Source: Longimicrobiales bacterium
GTDB lineage: Bacteria; Gemmatimonadota; Gemmatimonadetes; Longimicrobiales; Gaopeijiaceae
Reading direction: 5' to 3'
Length of the DNA: 64,000 nucleotides
Assembly (NCBI GenBank): GCA_965219445.1
Contig: CBDCNQ010000005.1
Span: 320,001 to 384,000 of the forward strand
Position 1 is the stretch's first letter. Every line of letters starts with the position of its first letter. Below the pieces are notes generated by a model that was given only the letters and a program-made list of their open reading frames with translations, was not told the DNA's origin and did not search any database. Positions 29,708-38,707 of this stretch are shown here, in pieces. A program made the translations under genes and the position numbers.

Positions 29708-29971
29708 TCAATCTTGCCTGAGCGCCAAGCCTAAGCTGCTTCTTCGATGTCGTTTTCTTCGGCGCGGCCTTCTTCCGAGAATCCACGCTTGGTAAGATCA
29801 AGCGATTGCTCCTGTCGCGATAGCTTGCGCCTGTGCGCGTGCTGAGTTTCTGAGGTCACGGGCATCGATTACGTTGTGCGCTATGGTTGGTCAAAACAAA
29901 CCGGCGCTCGTGGCGCTACGCACTCGGCGCCAAATAGTGATCGACGCACTGTCGACGCACGGGAGCTAGAT

Positions 29972-30283
29972 GTGACAAATGAAGAAGAGGACGGACCCGA
30001 AGTCGTTGCTCTTCCACCGCTCATTTATCTGGCATTTCTGCTCATGGGACTTGCCATGGATTACTTTCGTCCGGTGACGGTTTTGCCGGACAGTGTTCAG
30101 TACATCGCCGGATTTGCCATCATCGCGCTGAGCGGAGTGATCGTCGTTTCGGCGGTTCTTCAGTTTCGGAAAGTCAGCACCAGTTTTAGCACCTTCGAGC
30201 CCGCCACTCACCTTGTGACAAGAGGTCCGTACCGGTTGTCGCGCAATCCCGGCTACCTAGCCTTGAGCTTGCTCTATGTCGCG
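29972..30283 (+). pseudogene. Isoprenylcysteine carboxylmethyltransferase/PEMT family gene, 5' part (IS-disrupted)
   Basis: LPPLIYL...LVTRGPYRLSRNPGYL; continues after the IS at 31647. Confidence 0.85.
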
Positions 30284-30328
30284 CTAAAGGGAACCGGTCC
30301 CGGTTTCCTGGACAAGTGGGCGGCGTAA

Positions 30329-31210
30329 TCAGGCCGCCATGCGGGTGAGCTGCTCGCGGACCTCGGCCGGGGTCTTGTGGCCGTGCCGCTCGATGAGCCA
30401 ACCGCGGTTGTAACGCTCGATGAAACCTCCGATCACCGTCCTCGCCTCCTCCAGGCTCTCAAAGTCGTGCAGGTAGAGGCACTCTTCCTTCAACGTCCTG
30501 ATGAACCGCTCGATCACGCCGTTGCACTCGGGCTCGCCGACGTAGGAGGCCGTCGAGCGGATGCCGAGCCAGGCGAGTTCGCCCTGGAACTGGTGTGCGG
30601 TGTACTGGGGACCCCAGTCGTGTCGTAGCCCGAGGCCGAGCGCGATCTTCGGAGCGTAGCCGTCCATGTAGGTCCTCACACCCTGACGGATCGGCTCGAG
30701 CGCCGCCCACCGGTCACCCTTCTTCGCGACGTGCCAGCCGACGACATCGCTCACGCAGTGGTCGACGGCCCCGAAGAACCAGCACCAGCCGTCGGCCTTC
30801 GTATAGAATCTGGTCGCATCCGTGCCCCACAGCTCGTTGGGCGTGTCCGTCGTGATTCGGCCGCTGTGGCTGCGGTCGCCCCGGGGATGCCTTCCCTTAC
30901 GCACCGGCGCCAGGAGTCGGTTCTCTCGCATGAGCCTCAGCACCCTGTTCTTGCCCACCCAGATCCCCTTGGGCCGCAGCCGTACCCTCACCTTCCGGTG
31001 CCCCTCGCCGAGGAAGTCGCTCTCCTCGAGTACCTGCCGGATCTCTTCCACCAAGGCCTCGTCGCTCAGCTCCGTTTTGGGGCCCCGCTTCTTCGGCTCC
31101 CTCGACTCATCGTTGCCTCGCTCCTCAGCCTGGTAGACCGTCGAGCGAGCGATGCTCCAGACCTCGCAGATCATCGTCAGCGGGTAGCGCCGTCCCGTCG
31201 CCGGACTCAT
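30329..31210 (-). CDS. IS3-family transposase OrfB (DDE integrase core)
   Basis: WGTDAT, LRHDWGPQY, NGVIERFIRTLKEE. Confidence 0.92.
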   Translation of the reverse strand: MSPATGRRYPLTMICEVWSIARSTVYQAEERGNDESREPKKRGPKTELSDEALVEEIRQVLEESDFLGEGHRKVRVRLRPKGIWVGKNRVLRLMRENRLLAPVRKGRHPRGDRSHSGRITTDTPNELWGTDATRFYTKADGWCWFFGAVDHCVSDVVGWHVAKKGDRWAALEPIRQGVRTYMDGYAPKIALGLGLRHDWGPQYTAHQFQGELAWLGIRSTASYVGEPECNGVIERFIRTLKEECLYLHDFESLEEARTVIGGFIERYNRGWLIERHGHKTPAEVREQLTRMAA

Positions 31211-31575
31211 TCGCTGCCGCGCTTCAAGAGCTTCTTCAGGTCGTCCCCGTAGCCCCTTTTTTCGAGGAGCTCGCTCGCGAGCTCCATCCGCATCGTCACC
31301 TCGCCCAGCTTCGCCCGGGTCCGGATCAGCTCACGTTCCCCGGGATCGCGGCTACGGCGTTTCAGACCTTGCTGACCTCCCTCCAGGAACACGCGCCGCC
31401 ATTCCTCGAGCTCCGCAGGCGAGACCTGGACCTCACGGCTCACTTCGCCCAGGTCCTCCCCGCGTAGCAGTCGCAGCACCACCTCCGTCTTCTGCCCCGC
31501 GCTCCAACGCTTGGGCAGCTCCGCCCTTCCTTCACGACCTTCGGTCGCTTTCGACTCCCCAGGCTTGGGAGACAT
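31207..31575 (-). CDS. IS3-family transposase OrfA (HTH)
   Basis: KRWSAGQKTEVVLRLLRGE...LEEWRRVF; stop overlaps the orfB ATG (ATGA). Confidence 0.88.
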   Translation of the reverse strand: MSPKPGESKATEGREGRAELPKRWSAGQKTEVVLRLLRGEDLGEVSREVQVSPAELEEWRRVFLEGGQQGLKRRSRDPGERELIRTRAKLGEVTMRMELASELLEKRGYGDDLKKLLKRGSE

Positions 31576-31646
31576 CAAAACACCCCCTCTCTCTGGACCC
31601 CATCGTCGCTGCCAATCTACTGTCCAGAGAAATCGGGGGCGCTAAA

Positions 31647-31808
31647 GTGATAGGAGTGGCGGCGGACAACTTGTGGATCGTCGCCGGTCTTGTTCCGATC
31701 CTGATTGTCATGCATTACGGAGTGATATTCCGCGAAGAGCAGTACTTGGAGAGAGCGTTCGGCGAAGAGTACGTTCGGTATAAAGCCTCGGTGCGCCGCT
31801 GGCTTTGA
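31647..31808 (+). pseudogene. Methyltransferase gene, 3' part after the IS
   Basis: VIGVAADNLW...VIFREEQYLERAFGEEYVRYKASVRRWL*. Confidence 0.85.
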
Positions 31809-31844
31809 TCCGGCCACCATCGCGCGACTGAGCGCGAACGCATC

Positions 31845-32297
31845 CTACCGAGTCAGCGCGCCGTCTCCGATCCAAAAGCGTGGCCCCGGACCGTAACGAG
31901 CTGCGCGGTCGGCAGGGTTCGCGAGGCGGCAGCGTTCAAGTGAGAGACAGCCGCACCCGATGCATTCGGTAAGGCCAACTTTGAGGCGCTCGAGCTCGGC
32001 GATCCGCTGATCGATTCTCGACCTCCAATCGCGCGAGAGCCGTGACCAATCACGGCCGGTCGGCGCGCCGTCGGAAGGAAGCTTTCCTAGTTCTGTGTCG
32101 ATCTCGTCGAGCGTCAGCCCAACGCGCTGCGCGAAGACGATGAACGCGATTCGTCGAAGCACGGCCCGTGGGTAGCGGCGGTGCCCCGAGCCTGCGCGCT
32201 CGGACTTGATGAGTCCCCGTTCTTCATAGTAGCGCAGCGCCGACGCAGCCACGCCGCTGCGACGAGAAGCTTCACCGATGGTGATCAACTCCGACAT
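31845..32297 (-). CDS. soxR: Redox-sensitive transcriptional activator SoxR
   Basis: MerR HTH SGVAASALRYYE, LRRIAFI, CIGCGCLSLERC [2Fe-2S] motif. Confidence 0.95.
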   Translation of the reverse strand: MSELITIGEASRRSGVAASALRYYEERGLIKSERAGSGHRRYPRAVLRRIAFIVFAQRVGLTLDEIDTELGKLPSDGAPTGRDWSRLSRDWRSRIDQRIAELERLKVGLTECIGCGCLSLERCRLANPADRAARYGPGPRFWIGDGALTR

Positions 32298-32323
32298 AAC
32301 GAGGAAGGTAATCGATCAGGGCC

Positions 32324-32354
32324 TTGACTTCAAGTTCACTTTAACTTGTACCTT
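32324..32354 (+). promoter_or_regulatory. SoxR-activated promoter with soxbox
   Basis: TTGACT-N19-TACCTT with CTTCAAGTTCACTTTAAC (32328-32345), compared with consensus CCTCAAGTTAACTTGAGG. Confidence 0.85.
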
Positions 32355-32413
32355 TGCAGAAGATTTCATGTGGTCCCCCGAATTCCGGGGCACAAAACCA
32401 AAAGGAGCAAGTG

Positions 32414-33142
32414 ATGACCTCCACCAACATGTCGACACTGACTGGCCTACGTGTCGCCGTCACCGGCGGCACGTCGGGCCTTGGTCTGGCGCTTGTCGAG
32501 ACGCTACACGATCGGGGGGCCGCCTTGGCGTTCGTAGCTCGACAGCAAGAGCGGGTGAGCAAAGTGGCGCGACAGCACGCGCGAACTCATGGCATTGTGG
32601 GCGACGTGTCACAGAAGGACGCGACCTACCCCATCGCGATGCAGATCACCGCGGCGCTCGGCGGACTCGATGTACTCATCAACAATGCATCGACGCTCGG
32701 CCCGGTCCCACTCGAACTGCTGGCCGACACGGATTGCGAAGACCTGGAGGCGGCGCTGGCCACGAACGTGGTCGGCCCGTTTCGCCTCACCAAGGCCCTC
32801 CTCGGGGCACTGGGCGCATCCGCCCGCGCGGGCCGACCGGCGCTGGTCGTCAACATCACCAGCGACGCGGCGGTGACGCCTTACGCGGGCTGGGGAGCGT
32901 ACGGCGCGAGCAAAGCAGCACTCTTGCATATGAGCAAGATCTGGGACCAGGAACTTCAGGCACACGGAGTGCGGGTGAAGGCGATCGATCCTGGTGACAT
33001 GGACACACCTCTGCACGCCTTGGCCGTGCCCGACGCCGACCCGGCGGACCTGAAGCGACCGGCGGACGCGGCTCGGGAAATCGTCGAGTTCATCGAAGTG
33101 TTCGCCCAAAGCGCCGGAGCCACGACCGGAGCCACGATATGA
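32414..33142 (+). CDS. Short-chain dehydrogenase/reductase
   Basis: TGGTSGLG, LINNAS, YGASK, DPGDMDT; AAGGAG RBS. Confidence 0.92.
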   Translation: MTSTNMSTLTGLRVAVTGGTSGLGLALVETLHDRGAALAFVARQQERVSKVARQHARTHGIVGDVSQKDATYPIAMQITAALGGLDVLINNASTLGPVPLELLADTDCEDLEAALATNVVGPFRLTKALLGALGASARAGRPALVVNITSDAAVTPYAGWGAYGASKAALLHMSKIWDQELQAHGVRVKAIDPGDMDTPLHALAVPDADPADLKRPADAAREIVEFIEVFAQSAGATTGATI

Positions 33143-34251
33143 AGGCCGCCACTACACCATCGCAGCGCCCACCCGACGCCAGGCTGCTCGTCGTTCATGC
33201 AGACGGCAGACTCGACCATGTTGCGAGGGCGCAGCTGGTTCACCACGTGTCTCCCGGCGACCTGGTCGTTGCGAACGATGCCGCCACGATACCGGCGAGC
33301 CTCGGGGGCTTCCACAACCCCAGCGGAGCGGCAATCGAGATACGATTGGCCGGTCGGCGGTCGCTGGCCGTCACCGATGTGTACAACTTCACCGCGATCG
33401 CCTTCGGCGGCGGTGATCATCGGACCCGCACGGAACACCGCGCGCCGCCTCCCGCACTTCGGATCGGCGACGCCCTGACGTTGGGACCCTTGAAGGCCAC
33501 GGTGATGAACTTGCTCGGCCACCCGCGCCTCGTAGGGCTGAGCTTCGTCGGCACCCCCGATGAGATCTGGGGCGGCATCGCAAGACACGGCAAACCGATC
33601 CAGTATGCGCACATCGACCGACCGCTAATGATGTGGGACGCCTGGACGCGGGTCGCTGCACTACCCGTCTCGTTCGAGCCGCCATCCGCGAGCTTCGTGA
33701 TCGACTGGGCGTTCCTGAAGGAACTTCAGGCACGCGGAGTCGGCTTCGCGACCTTGACGCTCGCGGCCGGAATTTCGTCGACGGGCGATACAGCTCTCGA
33801 CGCGAGGTTGCCCTTCGATGAGGCGTATCATCTGCCCCGGACGACCGTACGGGCGATCTCACGGACCAAAGCGCGAGACGGACGCGTCATTGCCCTCGGC
33901 ACTACGGTGACCCGTGCCCTGGAGCATGCGGCGTTGGATGGAGGTGCGCTGCGCCCCGGTGCCGACCTGGCCACTCAACACATCGGCGCACAGACGGGAC
34001 TCCGTGTGGTCGACGTGATCGTCAGCGGAGCACACGAACCCGGCGAGAGCCACTACCAGCTGCTGCGCGCGTTCGCGAATGACGCGGTGCTACAGCGTAT
34101 GAGTCGCGCCCTCAAACAGGATGACTATCGCTCACACGAGTTCGGTGACTCGGTGCTCATCATGCGCCAGCAGGGCGAGTCGTCGACACGCCCCTCGAGA
34201 CGGATCTGCGCCCCTAGTCTGATGGGTGGGATTCACTTGCACCTAGCCTGA
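33139..34251 (+). CDS. QueA-like protein (divergent SAM:tRNA ribosyltransferase-isomerase family)
   Basis: ARLLVV, PGDLVVANDAATIPASL, EPPSA, RVIALGTTVTRALE, HEFGDSVLI. Confidence 0.85.
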   Translation: MKAATTPSQRPPDARLLVVHADGRLDHVARAQLVHHVSPGDLVVANDAATIPASLGGFHNPSGAAIEIRLAGRRSLAVTDVYNFTAIAFGGGDHRTRTEHRAPPPALRIGDALTLGPLKATVMNLLGHPRLVGLSFVGTPDEIWGGIARHGKPIQYAHIDRPLMMWDAWTRVAALPVSFEPPSASFVIDWAFLKELQARGVGFATLTLAAGISSTGDTALDARLPFDEAYHLPRTTVRAISRTKARDGRVIALGTTVTRALEHAALDGGALRPGADLATQHIGAQTGLRVVDVIVSGAHEPGESHYQLLRAFANDAVLQRMSRALKQDDYRSHEFGDSVLIMRQQGESSTRPSRRICAPSLMGGIHLHLA

Positions 34252-34265
34252 CCCAGAGATAGGAT
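34237..34265 (+). promoter_or_regulatory. Putative sigma70 promoter TTGCAC-N17-TAGGAT
   Basis: Near-consensus hexamers upstream of the XRE-PAS gene. Confidence 0.55.
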
Positions 34266-34279
34266 CACCAGGAAGCAAT

Positions 34280-34304
34280 CCAAGCCGCTCTCCCCCCCAG
34301 CGGC
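34280..34304 (+). repeat. 25-bp leader hairpin CCAAGCCGCTCTCCCCCCCAGCGGC, copy 1
   Basis: Identical to 35172-35196; stem GCCGCT/AGCGGC with C-rich loop. Confidence 0.85.
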
Positions 34305-34333
34305 CGGTGGGCGTAGCGCAAGGAGAGTTCGTC

Positions 34334-35071
34334 ATGATCCGCGACCAACCTGACGGGTCATTGGCCAAACGCTTAGATCGGGCTCTAGGGAAAGAGCTAC
34401 GTAAGGCGTTCGCGAAGCGTGCCGGGGTAACTGAGTCTCAGCTTAGTCGTTGGTTGAGTGGTTCGAGAGAGCCGGGTGCGGCCCACCTCCGCAAACTGGT
34501 AAGCGCCTTGGGAATCTCCGGCCACTGGCTTCTCACGGGCGAGGGCATGATGTACGACGTCCCGAGGGTTGCCGTAAAGACGATAGGACGCATCGAGAAA
34601 GTATTGGAGGACTTCATCAAGGAAGCAGGCTCAGATGATTCTGTGTCGGAAGGCGTTCAGGAAGCGGTGGCAGGGGTTATCCCCTGGGTGGCCGACGCCC
34701 AGACGTGGGTGTTCACCTGGGTCGGGCCGCAGGTGGTGGATATGCTCGGGTATCGGCGCGAGGATTGGTACGAGAGCGATTTTTGGGCCGATCACATTCA
34801 CAGGGATGATCGGGAATCGGTCATCGAATATTGCTTAGAGCAATCTCAAACCAGTAAGCACTATGTTTTCGAATACCGTATGGTGAAAAAGGACGGCGGA
34901 GCCCTCTGGCTTCGTGATTTCGTCAGCGTGGATTACCTGAACGGGGTACCGGTCACTCTCAAGGGGGTCATGTTCGACATCTCCGACATTGAGGAGAACC
35001 GGGAGAAAGCAGAGAATCGCAGCAAACGGCTTGGACCCCACGACGAAGGTATTGGCGACGAACTCGATTGA
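34334..35071 (+). CDS. XRE-type HTH + PAS domain protein
   Basis: FAKRAGVTESQLSRWLSG...HWLLTGEG; PAS: MLGYRREDW, WADHIHRDDR, FEYRMVKKDG..WLRD. Confidence 0.85.
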   Translation: MIRDQPDGSLAKRLDRALGKELRKAFAKRAGVTESQLSRWLSGSREPGAAHLRKLVSALGISGHWLLTGEGMMYDVPRVAVKTIGRIEKVLEDFIKEAGSDDSVSEGVQEAVAGVIPWVADAQTWVFTWVGPQVVDMLGYRREDWYESDFWADHIHRDDRESVIEYCLEQSQTSKHYVFEYRMVKKDGGALWLRDFVSVDYLNGVPVTLKGVMFDISDIEENREKAENRSKRLGPHDEGIGDELD

Positions 35072-35171
35072 GCGGGAGAGAGAAAAACCCAACCACCACG
35101 GCAAAAAATTGCCCAGAAAAGGGGTTGCCTCAGGTAGAATCTCCGTCGATCATTTGGTGACAGCATACTTG

Positions 35172-35196
35172 CCAAGCCGCTCTCCCCCCCAGCGGC
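35172..35196 (+). repeat. 25-bp leader hairpin, copy 2
   Basis: Identical to 34280-34304, about 20 nt before the receiver ATG. Confidence 0.85.
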
Positions 35197-35215
35197 TCGG
35201 AACGGGATCGGCATC

Positions 35216-35584
35216 ATGGCACGCGTACTCATCGTCGAAGACGAACCGACCGACCGGGTCATCTTAGCAGAACTCCTCGAGCGAATGGGTCACGAGATCT
35301 ATTTCGCCTCGGACGGCGAGGAAGCCTTCAAGACCTACTTGAAAAACAGCATCGAGATCATCATCACGGATCTTAACATGCCTCACGTTGATGGGCTGGA
35401 GTTCATCGGGTCGGTACGAGCGTTGTTTTCGCGGGCGGTGATTATCGCCGTGTCCGGCGGGGGGCCTGAACTGCTCGCTGAAGCTGAGAGGAAGGGTGCC
35501 CCCGGGCACTCAGCAAGCCCGTTGACCCCCAAGAGCTCCGCAACGCCATCGCAGAGGCGGCAGAGGCAGGCCCGGACAGCTTAG
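35216..35584 (+). pseudogene. Response regulator receiver, frameshifted near 35505
   Basis: VLIVEDE, ITDLNMP, AVSG; the conserved LSKPVD lies in the -1 frame. Confidence 0.75.
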
Positions 35585-35619
35585 GCCGTAGGAAGGAAGA
35601 TGTAGGAGAAGATGTAGGA

Positions 35620-36072
35620 ATGGTGGCCCCGAACGACGAGCCGCTCATCCTCATTGTCGAGGACAATCCCGACCAAGCTGCGCTAATCCAGGCGGCGTTC
35701 AAAACGAACCTGGCCGCGAGCAGGACTCATTTGGTGTTCTATGGATGGGAAGCTCAGGCGTACCTCAATAGAGGGTCGCCGTATCACGATTGGATCCGGT
35801 ATCCAGCTCCGTCGCTCATCGTGCTCGACCTCGGGCTGCCGGACATCACCGGGTTTGAGATCCTCGAGTGGATGGCCGAATCGAAATGGCTAGTGAAGAT
35901 CCCGGTCGTCGTGTTCACGGCTTCTGAAGATCCTGAGCACGAACATAGAGCCTACGGATTGGGTGTGCGTCGCTACATGCGCAAGCTCGAGGATTACGGT
36001 GCGTTGGTGGAAGCGGTCAAGCGGGAGCTGGTCCCACGGACCGAGACGAAGCAACGGAAGATTAGCGACTAA
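35620..36072 (+). CDS. Response regulator receiver (Rcp1-like)
   Basis: ILIVEDNPD, PSLIVLDLGLPDITGFEIL, IPVVVFTAS. Confidence 0.88.
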   Translation: MVAPNDEPLILIVEDNPDQAALIQAAFKTNLAASRTHLVFYGWEAQAYLNRGSPYHDWIRYPAPSLIVLDLGLPDITGFEILEWMAESKWLVKIPVVVFTASEDPEHEHRAYGLGVRRYMRKLEDYGALVEAVKRELVPRTETKQRKISD

Positions 36073-36914
36073 TGCGAGACGGCCACGAGTCATCCCAAGT
36101 TGCGGCGGCCCGTGCGTTTGGAGTAGTTCTGCGTCCGTGGATCGAGTCGGCGTGCTCCCTCGACTGGAAGCCATCGGATGGGTTTGGCCGCATCGTCGTG
36201 AGGGCGGCGCTGCGGCGGCAACTCGAAAGCTTGGACGTGGTCGTCGATCTGGCGGAGGGTGAACGTGGCTTTGCCGCGGTAGCTTTACTTCGCCCGTCCT
36301 GCGAGGAGCTGCTTTGGCTGCGCTATCTGACGTCGCTCAGTATCGATCGGTTCGAGCGCTTGACGATGGCCATGATCGGAACAGGTGTACTGAAGGGCCT
36401 GAAGGCGCAGGCTGGCGAGGTCGGAGAAGACTTGGTGGGAGCAATAGGCGTTGATAAGGATCTAGCTCGCTACCGGGCTACGGACGGGCAACGCCGTGAG
36501 GAATTGAAGTCGCTCGCACGCCAGTTGGGTTGGCCGAAGCGAAGCAGAAAGTATGGCGTTGAACCGAGCACTTGGTTCGTTGCGGTGAAGACGGACTCGG
36601 TGGATCTCTACAGCTTCATGTATCACGCGACGTCGCGGTACGTTCACTTTAGCCCTGTGGAGTTGGCGCGTCAGGGTTGGGGTGATCCTGGCGATCTGCG
36701 CATCGACCCAGCCAACCACGAGTCCCATTGGGGCGCCTTCTCGCTTTGCTGGGCGCCGCGTCTTCTGGCCTGGTCGGTGAACGCGTGCGTACATCATGTG
36801 GCTGATACTCAGCAGCTGGAGCCGGACTGGCCGAGGGTTCAGGAGGCGCTGGATAATCTCACGGAAATCCCCTTGGTTCCGATCATCACTTCCGATGAGG
36901 TGTATTGGGAGTGA
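36072..36914 (+). CDS. DUF5677-like (HEPN-like) helical protein
   Basis: AVALLRPSCEELLWLRYL and LYSFMYHATSRYVHFS resemble DUF5677 proteins. Confidence 0.6.
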   Translation: MRDGHESSQVAAARAFGVVLRPWIESACSLDWKPSDGFGRIVVRAALRRQLESLDVVVDLAEGERGFAAVALLRPSCEELLWLRYLTSLSIDRFERLTMAMIGTGVLKGLKAQAGEVGEDLVGAIGVDKDLARYRATDGQRREELKSLARQLGWPKRSRKYGVEPSTWFVAVKTDSVDLYSFMYHATSRYVHFSPVELARQGWGDPGDLRIDPANHESHWGAFSLCWAPRLLAWSVNACVHHVADTQQLEPDWPRVQEALDNLTEIPLVPIITSDEVYWE

Positions 36915-36997
36915 GTCCGAGCGATTCAGACCCTTTCCGGGTCAGCCCGCTCAGCGAGGCCCGACCCGTGGCTGCTACTTTGGATGGGAGGATGGCC

Positions 36998-37786
36998 ATG
37001 GCCGAATCGCCCCGAGGGCGTTTCGTCTGGTACGAGATGCTCACCGTGGACAAGGGCCCCACCATCGACTTCTACAAGGAGGTCGTCGGGTGGGACACGC
37101 AAGAGATGGAGGCTGGGGACCAGCCCTACACGATGTTCACCGTCGGAGAAGCCCCGGTGGGAGGAATCATGGACCTTCCCGAAGAGGCGAGGGCCGCGGG
37201 CGCGCCTCCCCACTGGCTGGCATACGTCTCCACCCCGGACACCGATGCCACCGTCGACAAGGCCAAGGAGCTGGGGGCCAAGGCCCTCATGGAGCCCATG
37301 AGCGTTCCCGAGGTGGGACGTTTGGCCGTGCTCAGCGATCCGCAGGGGGCGGTCTTCGCTGTGTTCACCGCCGCGAGTGATTCTCCCGGGCGAGACGGGC
37401 CTGCCCAGGTCGGCGAGTTCTCGTGGCACGAGCTTCTGACTTCCGACCACGAGGCGGCCTTCGATTTCTACTCGGCCCTTTTCGGCTGGGAGAAGACCAA
37501 CGCTATGGACATGGGCGAAGGGATGGGGGTCTATCAGATGTACGGGAACGGGGAACAAGAACTGGGGGGCATGTACAACCTGGGTCCGGAGATCCCTGCG
37601 CCCCCCCATTGGCTCCTCTACGCCAAGGTGCCCGACGTCGACGCCGCTGTTGAGACGGTGAAATCACTCGGTGGCCAGGTTCTCAACGGGCCCATGGACG
37701 TTCCGGGCGGAGATCGGGTCGTGCAGTGCATGGACACACAAGGAGCTGCGTTTGCGCTACACTCGAGCGGAGGTGGAGAGGCGTAG
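36998..37786 (+). CDS. VOC/glyoxalase family protein (two domains)
   Basis: GRFVWYEM...FYKEVVGW, PHWLAYV, DPQGAVFA, repeated twice. Confidence 0.92.
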   Translation: MAESPRGRFVWYEMLTVDKGPTIDFYKEVVGWDTQEMEAGDQPYTMFTVGEAPVGGIMDLPEEARAAGAPPHWLAYVSTPDTDATVDKAKELGAKALMEPMSVPEVGRLAVLSDPQGAVFAVFTAASDSPGRDGPAQVGEFSWHELLTSDHEAAFDFYSALFGWEKTNAMDMGEGMGVYQMYGNGEQELGGMYNLGPEIPAPPHWLLYAKVPDVDAAVETVKSLGGQVLNGPMDVPGGDRVVQCMDTQGAAFALHSSGGGEA

Positions 37787-37941
37787 GCTCCGTTATCACT
37801 TAGGTGAGGTCGTTCTCCCGCTCAGTATTTTCCTGTTCTGCCCCGTTTGGCTGAGTTGGCACACTGGTGGCACACGAAACGGAGGTCCGGAACGGCCCCT
37901 GCGGGACGGAAGTTTCGGGGGGTTGCGCGTGGAGTGCCCCT

Positions 37942-38060
37942 CTACCTGACCCGTACGTACTTCTGGAGGTTCCGCGGGACGGGCTCACCGCCGTAAATGT
38001 TCCCCTCGCGATCCACCGCGACGAACTCTGCCCCGTTTCCGGCCAAGACGGCAGGCGCCC
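37942..38060 (-). pseudogene. C-terminal fragment of an NHL-repeat protein
   Basis: Minus strand reads GNGAEFVAVDREGNIYGGEPVPRNLQKYVRVR*. Confidence 0.55.
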
Positions 38061-38104
38061 GAGGTTTTCGCGGAAGACCCCTCCCTCGACTTGACGGGCG
38101 CATA

Positions 38105-38143
38105 TTGACATATAAATTGTCATTATGACAATATGATTGTCAT
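38105..38143. promoter_or_regulatory. Tandem palindromic operator, 2 x TGACA-N7-TGTCA, overlapping a TTGACA
   Basis: TGACATATAAATTGTCA (38106-38122) and TGACAATATGATTGTCA (38126-38142) upstream of the MarR gene. Confidence 0.75.
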
Positions 38144-38181
38144 ATGCAGCCGATGCTACCCAGCCCATTGGTGAGGAACGG

Positions 38182-38670
38182 ATGGCGGACCCAGACGAGG
38201 CCCGAGAGAAGGTCAGGCAGATAGCGGCGGTAGTCGATGCCACGCGAGCGCTGTTTCACCGGTTAGGCGCCGCGGCAGACGAGGTGCATCGAGTGTCCGG
38301 GGTGACCGCAGGGCCGCGGGCGGTGCTTCAGGACCTTTATCAGAACGGGCCGCGCACGGTGCCCGCTATGGCCCGGGCGAGGCCTGTGAGCCGCCAGCAC
38401 ATCCAGGTGCTCGTGAACGGGCTTCTCGAGAGGGGTGAGGTCGAGCTCCTGCCCAATCCTGCGCACGCGCGAAGCAAACTGGTCGCGCTCACGGACGCGG
38501 GGTTGGCGTTGTTCGACGCGATCCGCCACCGGGAGGCCGAGGTGCTCGAGAGGCTACCTGTCCAGGCCAGCCCGGATGAGTTGGGCGATGCCGCCAAGGT
38601 CCTCCGTGACCTCAAGGCCGCGTGTGAAGATCCGAATTGGTTGGCCCTGATCGACCAGGCGCAAGGGTGA
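38182..38670 (+). CDS. MarR family transcriptional regulator
   Basis: GPRTVPAMARARPVSRQHIQVLVNGL...NPAHARSKLVALTDAG. Confidence 0.9.
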   Translation: MADPDEAREKVRQIAAVVDATRALFHRLGAAADEVHRVSGVTAGPRAVLQDLYQNGPRTVPAMARARPVSRQHIQVLVNGLLERGEVELLPNPAHARSKLVALTDAGLALFDAIRHREAEVLERLPVQASPDELGDAAKVLRDLKAACEDPNWLALIDQAQG

Positions 38671-38707
38671 GGCGGATCTCGCTGATGAGCCGGAGCAACA
38701 ATCTTCG

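Larger units (their letters stand above)
30290..31646 (-). mobile_element. IS3-family insertion sequence
   Basis: orfA and orfB; imperfect IRs GGAACCGGTCCCGGTTTCCTGGACA (30290-30314) and TGTCCAGAGAAATCGGGGGCGCTAAA (31621-31646). Confidence 0.88.
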
